The notes: a model not told the origin generated them from the letters alone. A DNA stretch of 64,000 bases from Promethearchaeota archaeon (GCA_019058445.1 JAHPZA010000009.1:192001-256000), one strand, 5' to 3'. Shown: positions 9,272-20,559, counted from the stretch's first letter. Program-made: numbers and translations.

Positions 9272-10657
9272 TTACTTTTTGGTCATAAAATAATATCCTA
9301 TAATAAACTCTATTATAATTAAGAATACTTGGTTAAATGCAATTATTGGAAGAATAAACATAAGACCGCATATAGCAACCATACCATTTACTGAAATACT
9401 GGCTACAAGATCTTTGGGTAAATACATTAAGAAATTTGTAGTCTTAATTTTATCTAATTGGTCTTCAATTTTTTCAATAGTATTCAATATATCATCTGAT
9501 AATTCTTCAACACTATCTGTTATAATAGTTAGTCCACCAATAATCTCATTAAATTGACAGTTTATCCACGGTTTTATATGGTTCATCATGATCTCTTGGA
9601 TATTTATTCCAAATGCTATAGTAATTAATGCTATAGTTGATGCAAGAATAATATTCAAAAAATCTAAAGGTTGATTGCTAGAGCTGATGAATAAAGCACT
9701 TAATACGATTGTAATGATTAAAATTATTATTAATCCTATTTGCTCAAGAAGACTCTTGCTTTTCACAGTTAATGTACTTACCAAATCTGTAAATGAATCT
9801 ATTTTTGCATTAACTTTTTCCCTTAAATTTTCGACTTTTCTCGTAAGTTTTGTTACATCTTTTTTAAATTCACGTAATAGCCTTAATGTCCAATCTTCTA
9901 TATCTTTTAATCGATCTTCAACGTTTTCAATTAAATCAGGGATAATTGGCATACGAGATATGGTTCCATACATTTCAGGTATATCCACAACGAATTGTTT
10001 AGGGAGAACATCTTTAGGTTTAATTCCATAATAAACTAAAATAATATTTAAAATAATTATAAAATGTAATGGAATAGTCAATAACGTAAAAATGTAATAA
10101 AGTGAAACAAAGGTCACACTTATCATGAGAATACCTCTTACTATCCCCCCAGGTAAAATTAATGTTTCTTTTTCACGATCCTTCTTTTTATTATTATTAT
10201 TCTTATCATCTTCTTTTTTAACAAGTAACTCCCAACAGTTTTCTTTTTCAGAAAGTAATTCTTCTAATTTATCTAAGTTTATTTTTTTAGAGATTTCTTT
10301 TACCATATCTTCTTTAAGATCTTTTCTATCTTTTATTTCTGCTCTACTTTTATCTATTTCTGTTTTGATTGGACCTAGCTGCTCTTTTATCTTATTTGTC
10401 TTGTTCTTTTCACTTTCAAGTTTTTGCTTAATAGTCTCAAAATTTCTGTTAAAAAAAAGACGGATTAAAAGTAAAAGTATTATGGAAATTATTATATATA
10501 CAATTAGAGCTATAAGATGTGGCATATAACTCTGAAAAAGAAACATATAAAATATTAACCCAGCAACTATAACATTCGAAATAATCCAAGTATATGTAAA
10601 AGTATTTTTTGACTTCTCTCTTCTTTTTAAATCAATATCTGAACTTTTACTAGACAT
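9272..10657 (-). CDS. Membrane protein with alternating TM pairs and coiled coils
   Basis: Four TM hairpins; internal repeat LILPGGIVRG...YYG and MYLPKDLVAS...YYF. Confidence 0.7.
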   Translation of the reverse strand: MSSKSSDIDLKRREKSKNTFTYTWIISNVIVAGLIFYMFLFQSYMPHLIALIVYIIISIILLLLIRLFFNRNFETIKQKLESEKNKTNKIKEQLGPIKTEIDKSRAEIKDRKDLKEDMVKEISKKINLDKLEELLSEKENCWELLVKKEDDKNNNNKKKDREKETLILPGGIVRGILMISVTFVSLYYIFTLLTIPLHFIIILNIILVYYGIKPKDVLPKQFVVDIPEMYGTISRMPIIPDLIENVEDRLKDIEDWTLRLLREFKKDVTKLTRKVENLREKVNAKIDSFTDLVSTLTVKSKSLLEQIGLIIILIITIVLSALFISSSNQPLDFLNIILASTIALITIAFGINIQEIMMNHIKPWINCQFNEIIGGLTIITDSVEELSDDILNTIEKIEDQLDKIKTTNFLMYLPKDLVASISVNGMVAICGLMFILPIIAFNQVFLIIIEFIIGYYFMTKK

Positions 10658-11122
10658 CTAAAATACCCTCTATTTATTATTCAAATATGAACTTTGGAAA
10701 TTAAATTGAATTTTGAAGATTTTTGTAAAATTTTAGTACTTAAAATATTACAAAATTGTTATTTAAACTTTTTGAACTATAAGAATCAAAAATAACAATA
10801 TCTTATCTGTAAATAATTATTCAACTCCTTCTTAGTTTTAGACTAATTTAACAGTGTGAATTAATATTAAATATCAGCAATAAATAATATAAGGAAAATT
10901 CTTTCATAATTAACTAAAAGACAGAATTTATTTTTTTGATTTAAGACTAAATTCATAATTTTTTATGAAAAAAGCTGTCTAAAATCTTTTTAGTGGATCA
11001 AATAATGAGCTCATATAATCTACTTACATTGAAAATCGTATTAGATGAAGTTTAATGTAAAAATATTTAAAAACATGTACTTCATTTAGAGGTTAGCTTT
11101 TGATTAAAATTCCTTTAATAAA

Positions 11123-11509
11123 GTGTTTTATATGAGCAATGGTGAAGAAAATCAAGATGAGAGATTTTTAAGATTTCTTTCTGAAATTACAGGAATCGTC
11201 ATGGCTATTCTTATCTCTGCCTTTGTACAAATAGAGGACAGTATTAAAAACGACTCAATATATTTTTGGTATATTTTAGGTCTTCCTTGTATTTTTCTGA
11301 GTTTTATATTTTCAATTTGGGCATTCATCCTAGAAAATAGAAACGCATTTCAGAATAATGGACGTTGGTATCAAAGAATTAGTAGAAATAGGTTCTATAG
11401 GGTTATAATGGTTTTATTTATTTTGAGTTTGATTTTTTTACTCGCAATCCCTTATATAATAAGGAGTATATACTTTTGGAGTAATTTCAAGGAAATCATG
11501 TGTAATTAA
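11123..11509 (+). CDS. Small membrane protein (3 TM)
   Basis: Hydrophobic segments; likely start at MSNGEE. Confidence 0.55.
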   Translation: MFYMSNGEENQDERFLRFLSEITGIVMAILISAFVQIEDSIKNDSIYFWYILGLPCIFLSFIFSIWAFILENRNAFQNNGRWYQRISRNRFYRVIMVLFILSLIFLLAIPYIIRSIYFWSNFKEIMCN

Positions 11510-11803
11510 TAAGTAATTTAAAATGCTTATTTAATTTATTTTTTAAAAAAATCTCTAATTTTGCTAAAAATAACAACCTTATTTTATAACCTTACATTGA
11601 CTAATTTCATAAAAGATTTAGAGTTTTGTACAATTCAACAAATTTTCTTACAATACTAATATTGTTGTCTAAGGGCGGGAGTCATCTTTTTTCTATTCTA
11701 TTCTTAATTAAATAAATATAAATCTAAAAATAGAAAAAGAAAGGAATCCAAATTCAATCAGAAAAGCAAAAAAAGAGAGAGTTAAACTTCTTAAAAGTCT
11801 AAC

Positions 11804-11820
11804 AGGGCGAAATCCAATGT
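11804..11820 (+). repeat. Dispersed IS-end-like motif, copy B (agggcgaaatccaatgt)
   Basis: 17/17 match to the reverse complement of 25269-25285. Confidence 0.7.
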
Positions 11821-12133
11821 AAGACTGAATTTTTTGATTCTTTCTTACTTAAACAAATAGAGGTAAAATTAATAAATTTACTGTATTTCTTTCTTTCAAA
11901 TTCTTTTTAGATCCGATTGAATTCTCTCCCTAATTTTTTGGGGAATGTCTATTGTCTCTTGAACTTTCGACTTTGGTTCTACCATTAAATCCTAATCTGC
12001 TTCTAATATGAATTGAATAAACACGTAAACACTAGCATAAAAAAGAAGTAAAAATGAAGATTGTATCAAGACAACATATCATAAAAAATAAAATTATAAA
12101 AAAAAAGTGAGATGAAATCTCACATTAAATTAG

Positions 12134-12577
12134 TTATTTTGGGGGATAAATCCTAAATTCCCCTTTAATTATATCAAATGGAATCCTATGAGTGTATAAC
12201 CACAATTCTGAGGGAATCAAATCCATATGATCTCGGAAAGTATCATTAGTCAGGATTGGGCAATCATCCTGGATGGCCTTTAATATGAGTAAAATATCGG
12301 CCTCTATCCCTTGAGGGGCTTCCAGTATGATCCTACGCCTTAAATAATATTCATAAGAAGGGCGATAGTCAATACAATAATATAATTCCCAATCAGCGAT
12401 TCCTGTAATATAATAATCATATTTTAAATTATTATACATTAGATTGATATTTTTAATTTTAGGGGGATTTTCATCATAATGCCCTGCGACATTAGAAATA
12501 TCTGAAAGTAATTTTGGCTTTGCTTTTCTCACCTTGAGTAAGTGATTTACGCATTGAAACCCCCTATATGCAAACAT
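12134..12577 (-). CDS. Zc3h12a/Regnase-like NYN (PIN-fold) ribonuclease, possibly 5'-degenerate
   Basis: DISNVA, ADILIL and ILTNDTFRDH acidic motifs; upstream Cys-containing sequence is interrupted by stops. Confidence 0.7.
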   Translation of the reverse strand: MFAYRGFQCVNHLLKVRKAKPKLLSDISNVAGHYDENPPKIKNINLMYNNLKYDYYITGIADWELYYCIDYRPSYEYYLRRRIILEAPQGIEADILLILKAIQDDCPILTNDTFRDHMDLIPSELWLYTHRIPFDIIKGEFRIYPPK

Positions 12578-12979
12578 CTGTACTGTATAACAATAAAATT
12601 TCTAACTATTTATGCAATATATCTTTTTCTTCCTATCTCACTCACTCACGGTTAATATTCTTAAAAAAGAGTATAATATCCTATATCTTCCCTATATCTG
12701 CTCAACAATCACTATACCATGCAGCTTTCTACCAATGAGGGGCCAATGCAGTTGGTCTTATAATAGACCTACATAAATGTAAGAAATCGTCTTTTATAAG
12801 TTTTGTTAAAATGAGTTATTTTCTTAATTTTTATCTAATTTTTGAAGATTGGAAAAAAGTGAATTTTTAATGCCTAATGTGAAATAGAGGAGCTCATGAA
12901 TTGAAAGAGTTATGAAGGATATATCTTTTTATGGATTAAATCCATAAAATGAGCTATTATTTTATTTCCAATGTTGGAT

Positions 12980-13750
12980 TTATAACTTCAATATCTTTAT
13001 TATATCTTCCTTAGTGGTTAATCTTGTATGAGAACAATCTCTAGTCCAAGAGGTAGTTGGGATATATGAGGTATTCTTACTATATAGTTTTTTTTTAATC
13101 ATATAATGTGTTCCTACTTCGTAATTTAATTGAATTAGGTAATTTCGATAAAATCCATCTTTTTCGCTTAGTGAGATCTCAACTGAGCCCTCTATTCTTA
13201 TATAATATTCTATAAAATCTAGATTTATTTGAGGGGTGATATAATTATTAAGAGCTTGGAGAAAGGGTTGCTCATCTATCTTCTCTATGTTGGTAATTTT
13301 ACCATTGAATTTATCGTTTTCTTCCCCAACTCCAATTTGAAGGAAAGCCACTCCTAAATTCTTTTCTTTTGTTTTATTATTTACTAAACTGAGCACATCT
13401 TTAATGAATTCGGCTTTTTGTTCTTGTTTTCGCTTTTTATCTAGAGAAATTATATCATACATTTGTGATTTGAAATCTAAAAACTCGCATTCTCGCTCCT
13501 CCAACAATTTTTTGATTAATTCCTTCTTTTTAAGTCTAGGAATTTTTCTGTATTTACCTGGAATCCTTAAATTCAAAAGATACGAACTAGTAATATATAC
13601 TATTGCCCCGAAGAATATAATTCCAAATACCAATAAGAATAATTGAATGTCGGGGTTCAACCTTATTATCATTGGATATGCTGCTATTGTTCCAATGGAA
13701 AAAAAAATAACAAAACACCCCATACATTTTTTAAAATTTGTTAATTTCAT
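12980..13750 (-). CDS. 2-TM + AlbA_2 (Schlafen-like) domain protein
   Basis: ECEFLDFK...FIKDVLSLVNN...LQIGVGE...WTRDCS pattern following two TM helices. Confidence 0.75.
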   Translation of the reverse strand: MKLTNFKKCMGCFVIFFSIGTIAAYPMIIRLNPDIQLFLLVFGIIFFGAIVYITSSYLLNLRIPGKYRKIPRLKKKELIKKLLEERECEFLDFKSQMYDIISLDKKRKQEQKAEFIKDVLSLVNNKTKEKNLGVAFLQIGVGEENDKFNGKITNIEKIDEQPFLQALNNYITPQINLDFIEYYIRIEGSVEISLSEKDGFYRNYLIQLNYEVGTHYMIKKKLYSKNTSYIPTTSWTRDCSHTRLTTKEDIIKILKL

Positions 13751-14100
13751 TTGGACACCACATTCCCTTTGATTATTTTATAACTATAAGGAATCTTAGC
13801 TTAATAAATGATTTGGAACTATGGGATTATGTTCTAAATTGGAAAGTGCGATCCCATCCCCTTTACCATCTTCTTAATTAAAGAGGGAAATGCTATAAAG
13901 CACCATTTATCAGCTTCTTAATTACATAAGAAAATAATGGGAGATTTAATGAGTGCAGATATTATAGATCTTCGTCGACTAAATCCAAATATCAAAATTA
14001 TATAAAATAATTAATAGCAATATTTCTAAAAAGGCTAATTTTTATATGAGAATATCCTAATTAATATTAGCCAAAAAGTTCAAAATCGAGTTTAATAATA

Positions 14101-14712
14101 ATGTCAAATCAAGAGAAAATAGATTCATACCTTAACAATTTTGAAGTAAGATTAAATGAAGAGAAAAAATATAGTGGTTTAATAATTGCTTCCTCATTTT
14201 CAATGATGATTTTGTTACTTACTTTTATTTCTAATAGAGATTTTATTTTAGATCTTGGTATAGGTGCTATAATTCTCTCGATTTTTTTTCAATATTATAT
14301 ATTTAGAAAAGCTCCCCTAAATATAAAGAGTTTTAAAGAAATCGATGAAGCATTACAATTCAGTTTCAGAGAAATGAAAATAAGAGAAATTTGTCATTTG
14401 TTAGGAGAATATTTCTTTTTAATAAGTATTGCTTTAATATTGTCTTTTTTTAAATTATTTATTTATAGCTTTTTTTTAATTTTAGTTATAATATTAAAAG
14501 AACTAAAAAATATAATTAATGATTCGAAATATTTTAAACTTAATCGTGAATTTAAGGATCTTGGTGTTCCTATAGGTTCGGAGGATTATTTAATAATAAA
14601 ACACAACCTCTCTATTATTAAGATTACTTTTTTATTAAGTTCTTTTCATTTAATATTGAGTGCGTATTTTGTAATCTTATTACTTGACTACGGTTCAATT
14701 ATGTCTTTTTAG
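14101..14712 (+). CDS. Hypothetical membrane protein
   Basis: 203-aa ORF with 4-5 TM segments. Confidence 0.6.
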   Translation: MSNQEKIDSYLNNFEVRLNEEKKYSGLIIASSFSMMILLLTFISNRDFILDLGIGAIILSIFFQYYIFRKAPLNIKSFKEIDEALQFSFREMKIREICHLLGEYFFLISIALILSFFKLFIYSFFLILVIILKELKNIINDSKYFKLNREFKDLGVPIGSEDYLIIKHNLSIIKITFLLSSFHLILSAYFVILLLDYGSIMSF

Positions 14713-14835
14713 GCAACATAAATTAACTTTTATGAATAATATTTTTAAATAAACATTAAATTTACCTTTTCCTTTATTGAGATATTGATATGATACAATA
14801 TCTTGTAGAAAGAGATATTTTGAAAGTGTAGAACA

Positions 14836-15870
14836 TTAAAAATATTTAACAATTGCTTTAAACGCGGGTTCAAGTATTGAAAAAGAATCTTCATCTAGTA
14901 GACCTATATTAGAAATTCGTTTTTCATATTCCTGAAGATGAATATAATTTCTATAATCTCTAAAAATATTCTGTGCAATACCCCATTCTGTATCTTTTCC
15001 TATTTCAAAAGAGAAATTACTACCTGCAGTTTCGAGATAATAACACATCTTATCAAAAAATGTAGCCTTAGTTAAAGATTTACTATTAGAGATTTTTGAA
15101 TGATTAATTCTATTAATATTCTTATTTTCCAACCATTTTGTTAAGAGATATTCTAATATTGAGCCCATTTTAATACATGCATCTTTCCAATAGCCAAGTT
15201 TGATTAGGTCAACGATTGATTTATGCTCTTGTAAAACTAATTTTCGATTAGTGATAAATTGCTTTTGAAATAATTCATTAGAAGACTCATAAAATTTGAG
15301 GGATATTTCTTTTAATTTAGGATTAAATTCAATTAAAAACTTATCTTGGATATTTAGATTACAACAATAAAGAGAAATTAAAATTGCTGACAATATAGAA
15401 AGATAAAATCCGCTTTGGAGTTCAAAATTATATAATAAAAATTTTGTTGTAGGATTATTAGGAAAATCAATTAAAAATGGAAAAAATACACCACCTAATA
15501 ACCATATTAAACTTCCAGCTAGCAATAAAATAGAGGAAAATATCAATGAATATTTTTTTAACTTTATTTCTTCTAGTATAAAGTGTGAAAAATAAACAAA
15601 ACATCCAATTAGATAAATAATCAATCCCGCAACCAATCCATAAATGTTAAAGCTAACAAAATAAATTGGATCAATAGGAAAGAAAAATTCTGAATGATAA
15701 AACTTAGAGGAAGTTGTCCAAATTGGATTAAATTTTAAAACTCTCATAACTTTTTGACCATATAATTCTCCATAGATAACAATTTCAACCCACGGTAAGC
15801 AAAAACTTGAAATTAAACAACCAATAATGATAACTTCAAAAAACAAATTTATTCCTCTTAATTTTTTCAT
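14836..15870 (-). CDS. 4-TM + HEPN-like domain protein
   Basis: N-terminal TMs; ACIKMGSILEYLL...FRDYRNYIH. Confidence 0.65.
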   Translation of the reverse strand: MKKLRGINLFFEVIIIGCLISSFCLPWVEIVIYGELYGQKVMRVLKFNPIWTTSSKFYHSEFFFPIDPIYFVSFNIYGLVAGLIIYLIGCFVYFSHFILEEIKLKKYSLIFSSILLLAGSLIWLLGGVFFPFLIDFPNNPTTKFLLYNFELQSGFYLSILSAILISLYCCNLNIQDKFLIEFNPKLKEISLKFYESSNELFQKQFITNRKLVLQEHKSIVDLIKLGYWKDACIKMGSILEYLLTKWLENKNINRINHSKISNSKSLTKATFFDKMCYYLETAGSNFSFEIGKDTEWGIAQNIFRDYRNYIHLQEYEKRISNIGLLDEDSFSILEPAFKAIVKYF

Positions 15871-16030
15871 TGTACTACCCTGATTAAGATTAAATTATTA
15901 GTTTTCTATAATTATATTTAAAATATCCTTTTTAAAATAAATTGACAAAAAATTATTAATCTATGAAAAAATAATAGGTCTTTTCCTAAATCTAATGTTT
16001 TTATAATCATTTAAATTATATAATCCTAAA

Positions 16031-17509
16031 ATGAAAGAATTAAATTATGAGAAATTTATAGAATTCTGTAGAAAAAAAATCAAAGAAGGTAAATTTTTTG
16101 AAAAAGTATTAGGGATATATTATATTATTACTGCCATATTTTTATCTTCTTTATATTATTCTTTAGATTTTTTAATTTTTGTAACAATTCTTCTCATATT
16201 TACATTATCATTTATAGGGCCTTTAGTAATAATAGGTATAAGATTTAAGTTTCCTTGGAAAAAGAATGTTAAAAATTATAATGAAAAATTCTATAGAGAA
16301 GTAAAAATACTTTTTTCTGGAAATATACTAGATGATAAGAATTCTTTAGAGAGTTGTAGGTCATGGTTTTCTAAAGCTAGAATTTTTGATGGAATAAAAT
16401 TTAGTGGCTATATTCTTAGCATATTTCTATTAGTATATTACATTTTGTTATTAATAGAAATAGTTATATTGAATTTTTCAATGATTTATGTTGAAAAAAA
16501 TACAAATTTTATTTTCAAATTCCTCTTCAATCCTTTTTTAAAATATTATATATTTTGTTTAACATGGTTCTTATTGTTTAACATTACAGAACTATATATT
16601 AATCGATTAAAATTAACAATTGATGATATTATCAGAGAAGCTTATAATGATATTGAAGATAAGAATGATAATATTTTCTCTATTTTAAATAATCCAGATT
16701 CCATTAATTATGAAGATCTTCAAAAAGATATAAAAACAGAAATAATTAACATCCAGAATCTTTATTCTTTAAATATTCTTAAAGTATTAAAAAAATCAGA
16801 ACATCGATTTAAGCTAAAATATTTATATAAACAATTTAAAGTGGGGGGTAGATTTGATCTCATTAAAATAATAAACAGTTATTTAAAGTGTATTGAAATT
16901 ATCAATTCTAAAAATGAAGATTTTGAATATTATGACGTTTTCTATAATTATTCAACTATTTTAGCTAAATTAAAAAAAGAAATTATATTAGAGTCAGAAA
17001 GTATCATAAATGAAACTAAAGACTATTTAAATGAGTATAAAGAAGTAAGAGTTAATAAAACGGATATAAGAGAAAAAAAGAACACAATTAATAATCTAAT
17101 TAGTGATTTTGAATTAACAATTCGACAATTTATTAAAAATCAATTAAAAAAACATTTTAGTGAAGATTGGTGGAATCAAGGTATCCCCTCAAAAATACGA
17201 AAAGATGCTGAAGTCCTTAAATCAAAAAAAGAAATAATTGAACCTAAAAGAACATATCAAGTTATAGATTTTCTCACATTTATGGATTACTCTAATATTA
17301 TTTTAAATAAAAAGAATTGGAATAACATCTTCAGTGATTTTTTTAATCAAAAATACATCTTTCAAGCACCATTCGAAAAGTTAACATATATTAGGAATGA
17401 TCTTGCTCATAATAGATTTATAGAAGATGATTTTGAACGATGCAAAACTTATATTAAAGATATTTTGAAATATATACCAGATTTTAATCGGAACTGTATA
17501 TTAAATTAA
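16031..17509 (+). CDS. 4-TM + Swt1-like HEPN domain protein
   Basis: FELTIRQFI...WWNQGIP...FLTFMDY...IRNDLAHNR. Confidence 0.75.
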   Translation: MKELNYEKFIEFCRKKIKEGKFFEKVLGIYYIITAIFLSSLYYSLDFLIFVTILLIFTLSFIGPLVIIGIRFKFPWKKNVKNYNEKFYREVKILFSGNILDDKNSLESCRSWFSKARIFDGIKFSGYILSIFLLVYYILLLIEIVILNFSMIYVEKNTNFIFKFLFNPFLKYYIFCLTWFLLFNITELYINRLKLTIDDIIREAYNDIEDKNDNIFSILNNPDSINYEDLQKDIKTEIINIQNLYSLNILKVLKKSEHRFKLKYLYKQFKVGGRFDLIKIINSYLKCIEIINSKNEDFEYYDVFYNYSTILAKLKKEIILESESIINETKDYLNEYKEVRVNKTDIREKKNTINNLISDFELTIRQFIKNQLKKHFSEDWWNQGIPSKIRKDAEVLKSKKEIIEPKRTYQVIDFLTFMDYSNIILNKKNWNNIFSDFFNQKYIFQAPFEKLTYIRNDLAHNRFIEDDFERCKTYIKDILKYIPDFNRNCILN

Positions 17510-17645
17510 GACGGAAAAAGATAAACAAAAACCAGTAATTTATGATTTAGGAATATCTTTTACGAGAGATGGTTCTTATACGAGATTAATTACTCAAGAT
17601 GATAGAAAAAAAATAATGAATCTAAAAAAAAGACATAACTTTTAA
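17487..17645 (+). pseudogene. C-terminal remnant of an AlbA_2 paralog
   Basis: IGTVY*IK...ISFTRDGSYTRLITQDDRKKIM aligns with VGTHYMIK...TSWTRDCSHTRLTTKEDIIKIL of 12980-13750. Confidence 0.65.
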
Positions 17646-17735
17646 TTGACTTTATTTATTTTTTAAAGAATTTACACTCTACTTATGATTAATTGCTTTT
17701 CATTATAGATTCATAAAATAGCTTTATTTTTCTAT

Positions 17736-19352
17736 TTATATTGGACTCACTTTTTCAATTATCCTTTTAATAAATCTTTTACCAATAAGTTTTATACAGA
17801 TACCTATGAACTGTTTCCGATTTATTCTACCTTCTTTGTAGTCTTTATATGCATCTTTAATCTTTTCCCAGTCAGAAGCAAGATGATCTACTAAGTATGC
17901 TTCTAAATCATCAACTTTATCAAAAATTTGTTCTATTTGTAGCGTATATTCTTTAATTAACTCTGTATCGCTCTTGATATCATCTAATTTTTCACTGAAA
18001 TCTCTTAATATCTCTGTAATTTTTTCTGTTTTGTCACTCATTGCCTTAATAATAATTTCTGAACTATCACCTACTTTATTTAGAGCAACAGATAATGCAA
18101 CATCCTGCTTGTCGTACAAACCTTGAGCATAGGCTTCGATTAACTTGAAATTATCATTCTGAATAGCATGTATTTCTTGAAGCAACTTAAAGTTACATCT
18201 CTTAATGATATTTTCTATTTCTGACTCTAAATTAATGATATCAATATCACTTTCAATAATTAGCTTTTGATCCTCCATAAATTGGGTTTTTTGGTCAAAT
18301 TCTTGCTTGCTTATCTGTTTAGGAATTAATAAATTGCATACATAACAAATTTTAAATGGTTCAATAAAACTAGACCGTGTTCTTCCACTGGGATCCATAT
18401 ATGTTACCATTCCTTCTATAGAATCACCCACACAACTTTGTGTTGCTATTAATTTGAAAGTTGGACTCTCAAAAGAATTTGGTTTTAGTAAATTGATTTT
18501 AGACCTATCTTTTTTTACTAATAAACCTGCAGGAGTTTGAGTTAATAAAATTTGAATATTATTTATTACTAATTTGGAGTTATTCTTTATCTTCACTTTA
18601 TAATAGAAAATGCTTTGATTACCTTCAATTTTCCAGTCTCCTCCGCGTAAAACTTCAATATCCTTCATATTAAAGTCCGTTGATATATCTTGAGATTCAA
18701 TAAAATTTTTATCCTGTGTGGATATAGATGATTCCATAAAAGAATAATCTCTCTTTTCCTTATTAAAACTAATGCAATATTCTATATCTATAATTTCTGG
18801 AGCATTATCTCTTAATGGGTATAATTCTTTAACTGCATTTAAAATAAGGGCATTATCTTCTTCTTTTAATTCTCTTAACTTTTCAGTATATTCAATAGGT
18901 GAATAAATTTCAAATGTACTAATAATGGAATGTAGTCTACTTCCAAAGGATGATGATTCTCTGACATTAGAATGAGATTGAAAAAGTAATCTAGATAAAT
19001 CTTCTCGACCTCTGTATTTTAGTATTTGTCTGATTTTTTCAATATCATTTTCAATTTCTTTTGAGATTATCTTTTTTTCTTTTAAAATAGGTTTAAAAAA
19101 TTCTAGATATTCTTTTAGAACTTTATTCCTAGATCTATGAAAATATCCATATGTATTCCAATTTGGTGTAAAAGAATTATTGGTTTTAATAATTTCCTCT
19201 AAAATTTGTAATGTTAAAGATAGATTTTCAAAATTAATATCATCTTCGTTAATACCATAATCACTAAGATTAAATTCTATTGGTAATCTTAAAAATTCAA
19301 TAATTTCTCTTTTGAGACCTCCAAACTTTAGTCGAGTTTCTTTTTCAATCAT
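17736..19352 (-). CDS. Multidomain protein: defence-type N-terminal region + Loki-type Ig-like/platform C-terminal module
   Basis: 538-aa ORF; VLRGGDWKIEGNQSIFYYKVKIKNNS beta-rich domain followed by an alpha/beta domain and coiled coil. Confidence 0.6.
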   Translation of the reverse strand: MIEKETRLKFGGLKREIIEFLRLPIEFNLSDYGINEDDINFENLSLTLQILEEIIKTNNSFTPNWNTYGYFHRSRNKVLKEYLEFFKPILKEKKIISKEIENDIEKIRQILKYRGREDLSRLLFQSHSNVRESSSFGSRLHSIISTFEIYSPIEYTEKLRELKEEDNALILNAVKELYPLRDNAPEIIDIEYCISFNKEKRDYSFMESSISTQDKNFIESQDISTDFNMKDIEVLRGGDWKIEGNQSIFYYKVKIKNNSKLVINNIQILLTQTPAGLLVKKDRSKINLLKPNSFESPTFKLIATQSCVGDSIEGMVTYMDPSGRTRSSFIEPFKICYVCNLLIPKQISKQEFDQKTQFMEDQKLIIESDIDIINLESEIENIIKRCNFKLLQEIHAIQNDNFKLIEAYAQGLYDKQDVALSVALNKVGDSSEIIIKAMSDKTEKITEILRDFSEKLDDIKSDTELIKEYTLQIEQIFDKVDDLEAYLVDHLASDWEKIKDAYKDYKEGRINRKQFIGICIKLIGKRFIKRIIEKVSPI

Positions 19353-19685
19353 AATCTTTTCTAATTAATAATAAAGTAAATAATATATATTAGCATAATT
19401 GAAATTAAGTTCTTTGATGGTGAATCCACATACTTCCCTTACCCTATATCGACTATGAACTTATCAGTTCTATAAAAAGGGGTTTCCCTCAATTTTATCT
19501 TTAAATAAACTCCAATTTTATATTAGTTTTACAAGTTCTTTTCTTAATATTAATTATTTTAATAAATTTACATGGTGTTAATGATAAATAAAAAAGAGAG
19601 AATTATAACAGAGATTATCCCATAAAATTTATTTAAATAGTCGTTTTTCCTTCTTTTTAGTAACAGTTAATAAATTAAATTTAAG

Positions 19686-19940
19686 ATGATAAAGCTGAAA
19701 GACGATTATAAATATCTTTTTGGTTTGGGAATACGCTCGTTCTATGATGCTATAAAATCAGATTTGAAAACAGATGAAAATGAATCTGCTTTTGATTTTG
19801 TTGAATCAATAGGAAAAGAGATTAGGAATGAACTAGAGAATAATCCTAAATATCAAAAAATCTATCAGGGAGCAGATTTAGCACGAAAAGCAAAAGAATT
19901 TGCAGATGAGCTTGAAAAATTATTCTCGGATTTCTTCTAG
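19686..19940 (+). CDS. Hypothetical protein
   Basis: 84-aa ORF with plausible amino-acid composition. Confidence 0.5.
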   Translation: MIKLKDDYKYLFGLGIRSFYDAIKSDLKTDENESAFDFVESIGKEIRNELENNPKYQKIYQGADLARKAKEFADELEKLFSDFF

Positions 19941-19960
19941 AAACCCATTTAATAAAGAAC

Positions 19961-20188
19961 TTATAGAAAGCTCATCTCATAATAATCTTTCTTTATTTTC
20001 ACTTTTTCTAAGATCGGTTTCAATTTCTCATCTATGTAGGTTTCGATTTTCCGAATAATCCTTTCATCCAACTCCTCTAATTCTGCATCTTCTATAATAC
20101 TTTCCTTACTATTAACTATAATCCTATAAATTACAGAAAGAAAAAGTATATAGAAATCGAAGCTGCATAAATTTTTAATTTTCAACAT
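19961..20188 (-). CDS. Hypothetical protein or gene fragment
   Basis: C-terminal half (EDAELEELDERIIRKIE...) looks coding; start uncertain. Confidence 0.35.
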   Translation of the reverse strand: MLKIKNLCSFDFYILFLSVIYRIIVNSKESIIEDAELEELDERIIRKIETYIDEKLKPILEKVKIKKDYYEMSFL

Positions 20189-20281
20189 ATCATGTAGATA
20201 TTACCCTATTAAAAGAGCTGAAAGAAAGAGACCTGATTAAATATTAAAATATCTCAAATCATTAACGGGAAAGAACATAAT

Positions 20282-20535
20282 TTAGCTTCAGAAGATGTAA
20301 ATAAGCTAATAGAATTTCAACAATTACGGAATGTTTATGCTCATGGTGATGGTACAATTACTCAAAATTATCTTGATAAAATTCCGAATTCTAATTTCAA
20401 GCTAGGTTAGCGACTAGAAATATCTCAAGAAATATTACTAAAGAGTTATTATATAGTAATAAAAACTATCAATAATTTAATAAAGCATTTATAGAGAAAT
20501 ATCCTGAAATAATTTCCAATAAAAATAATTTGTGA
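20282..20535 (+). pseudogene. Degraded HEPN-domain gene
   Basis: Hand translation LIEFQQLRNVYAHGDGTITQNYL...KLG*RLEIS: RxxxxH motif, internal TAG and a later frameshift; ends approximate. Confidence 0.65.
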
Positions 20536-20559
20536 AAATTATTAACTTGGTTTGAAAAT

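Noticed and set aside
9675-10529. Antisense shadow ORFs here and elsewhere (e.g. 13404, 25429, 26521, 27606, 33642, 44448, 49277, 54230, 61136)
   Set aside because: They lie opposite to or within well-supported genes and show no recognisable motifs
11878-11985. Short minus-strand frame MVEPKSKVQETID...KRI*KKEIQ* with internal TGA
   Set aside because: A second stop follows five codons later; best read as a decayed gene fragment, not a selenoprotein
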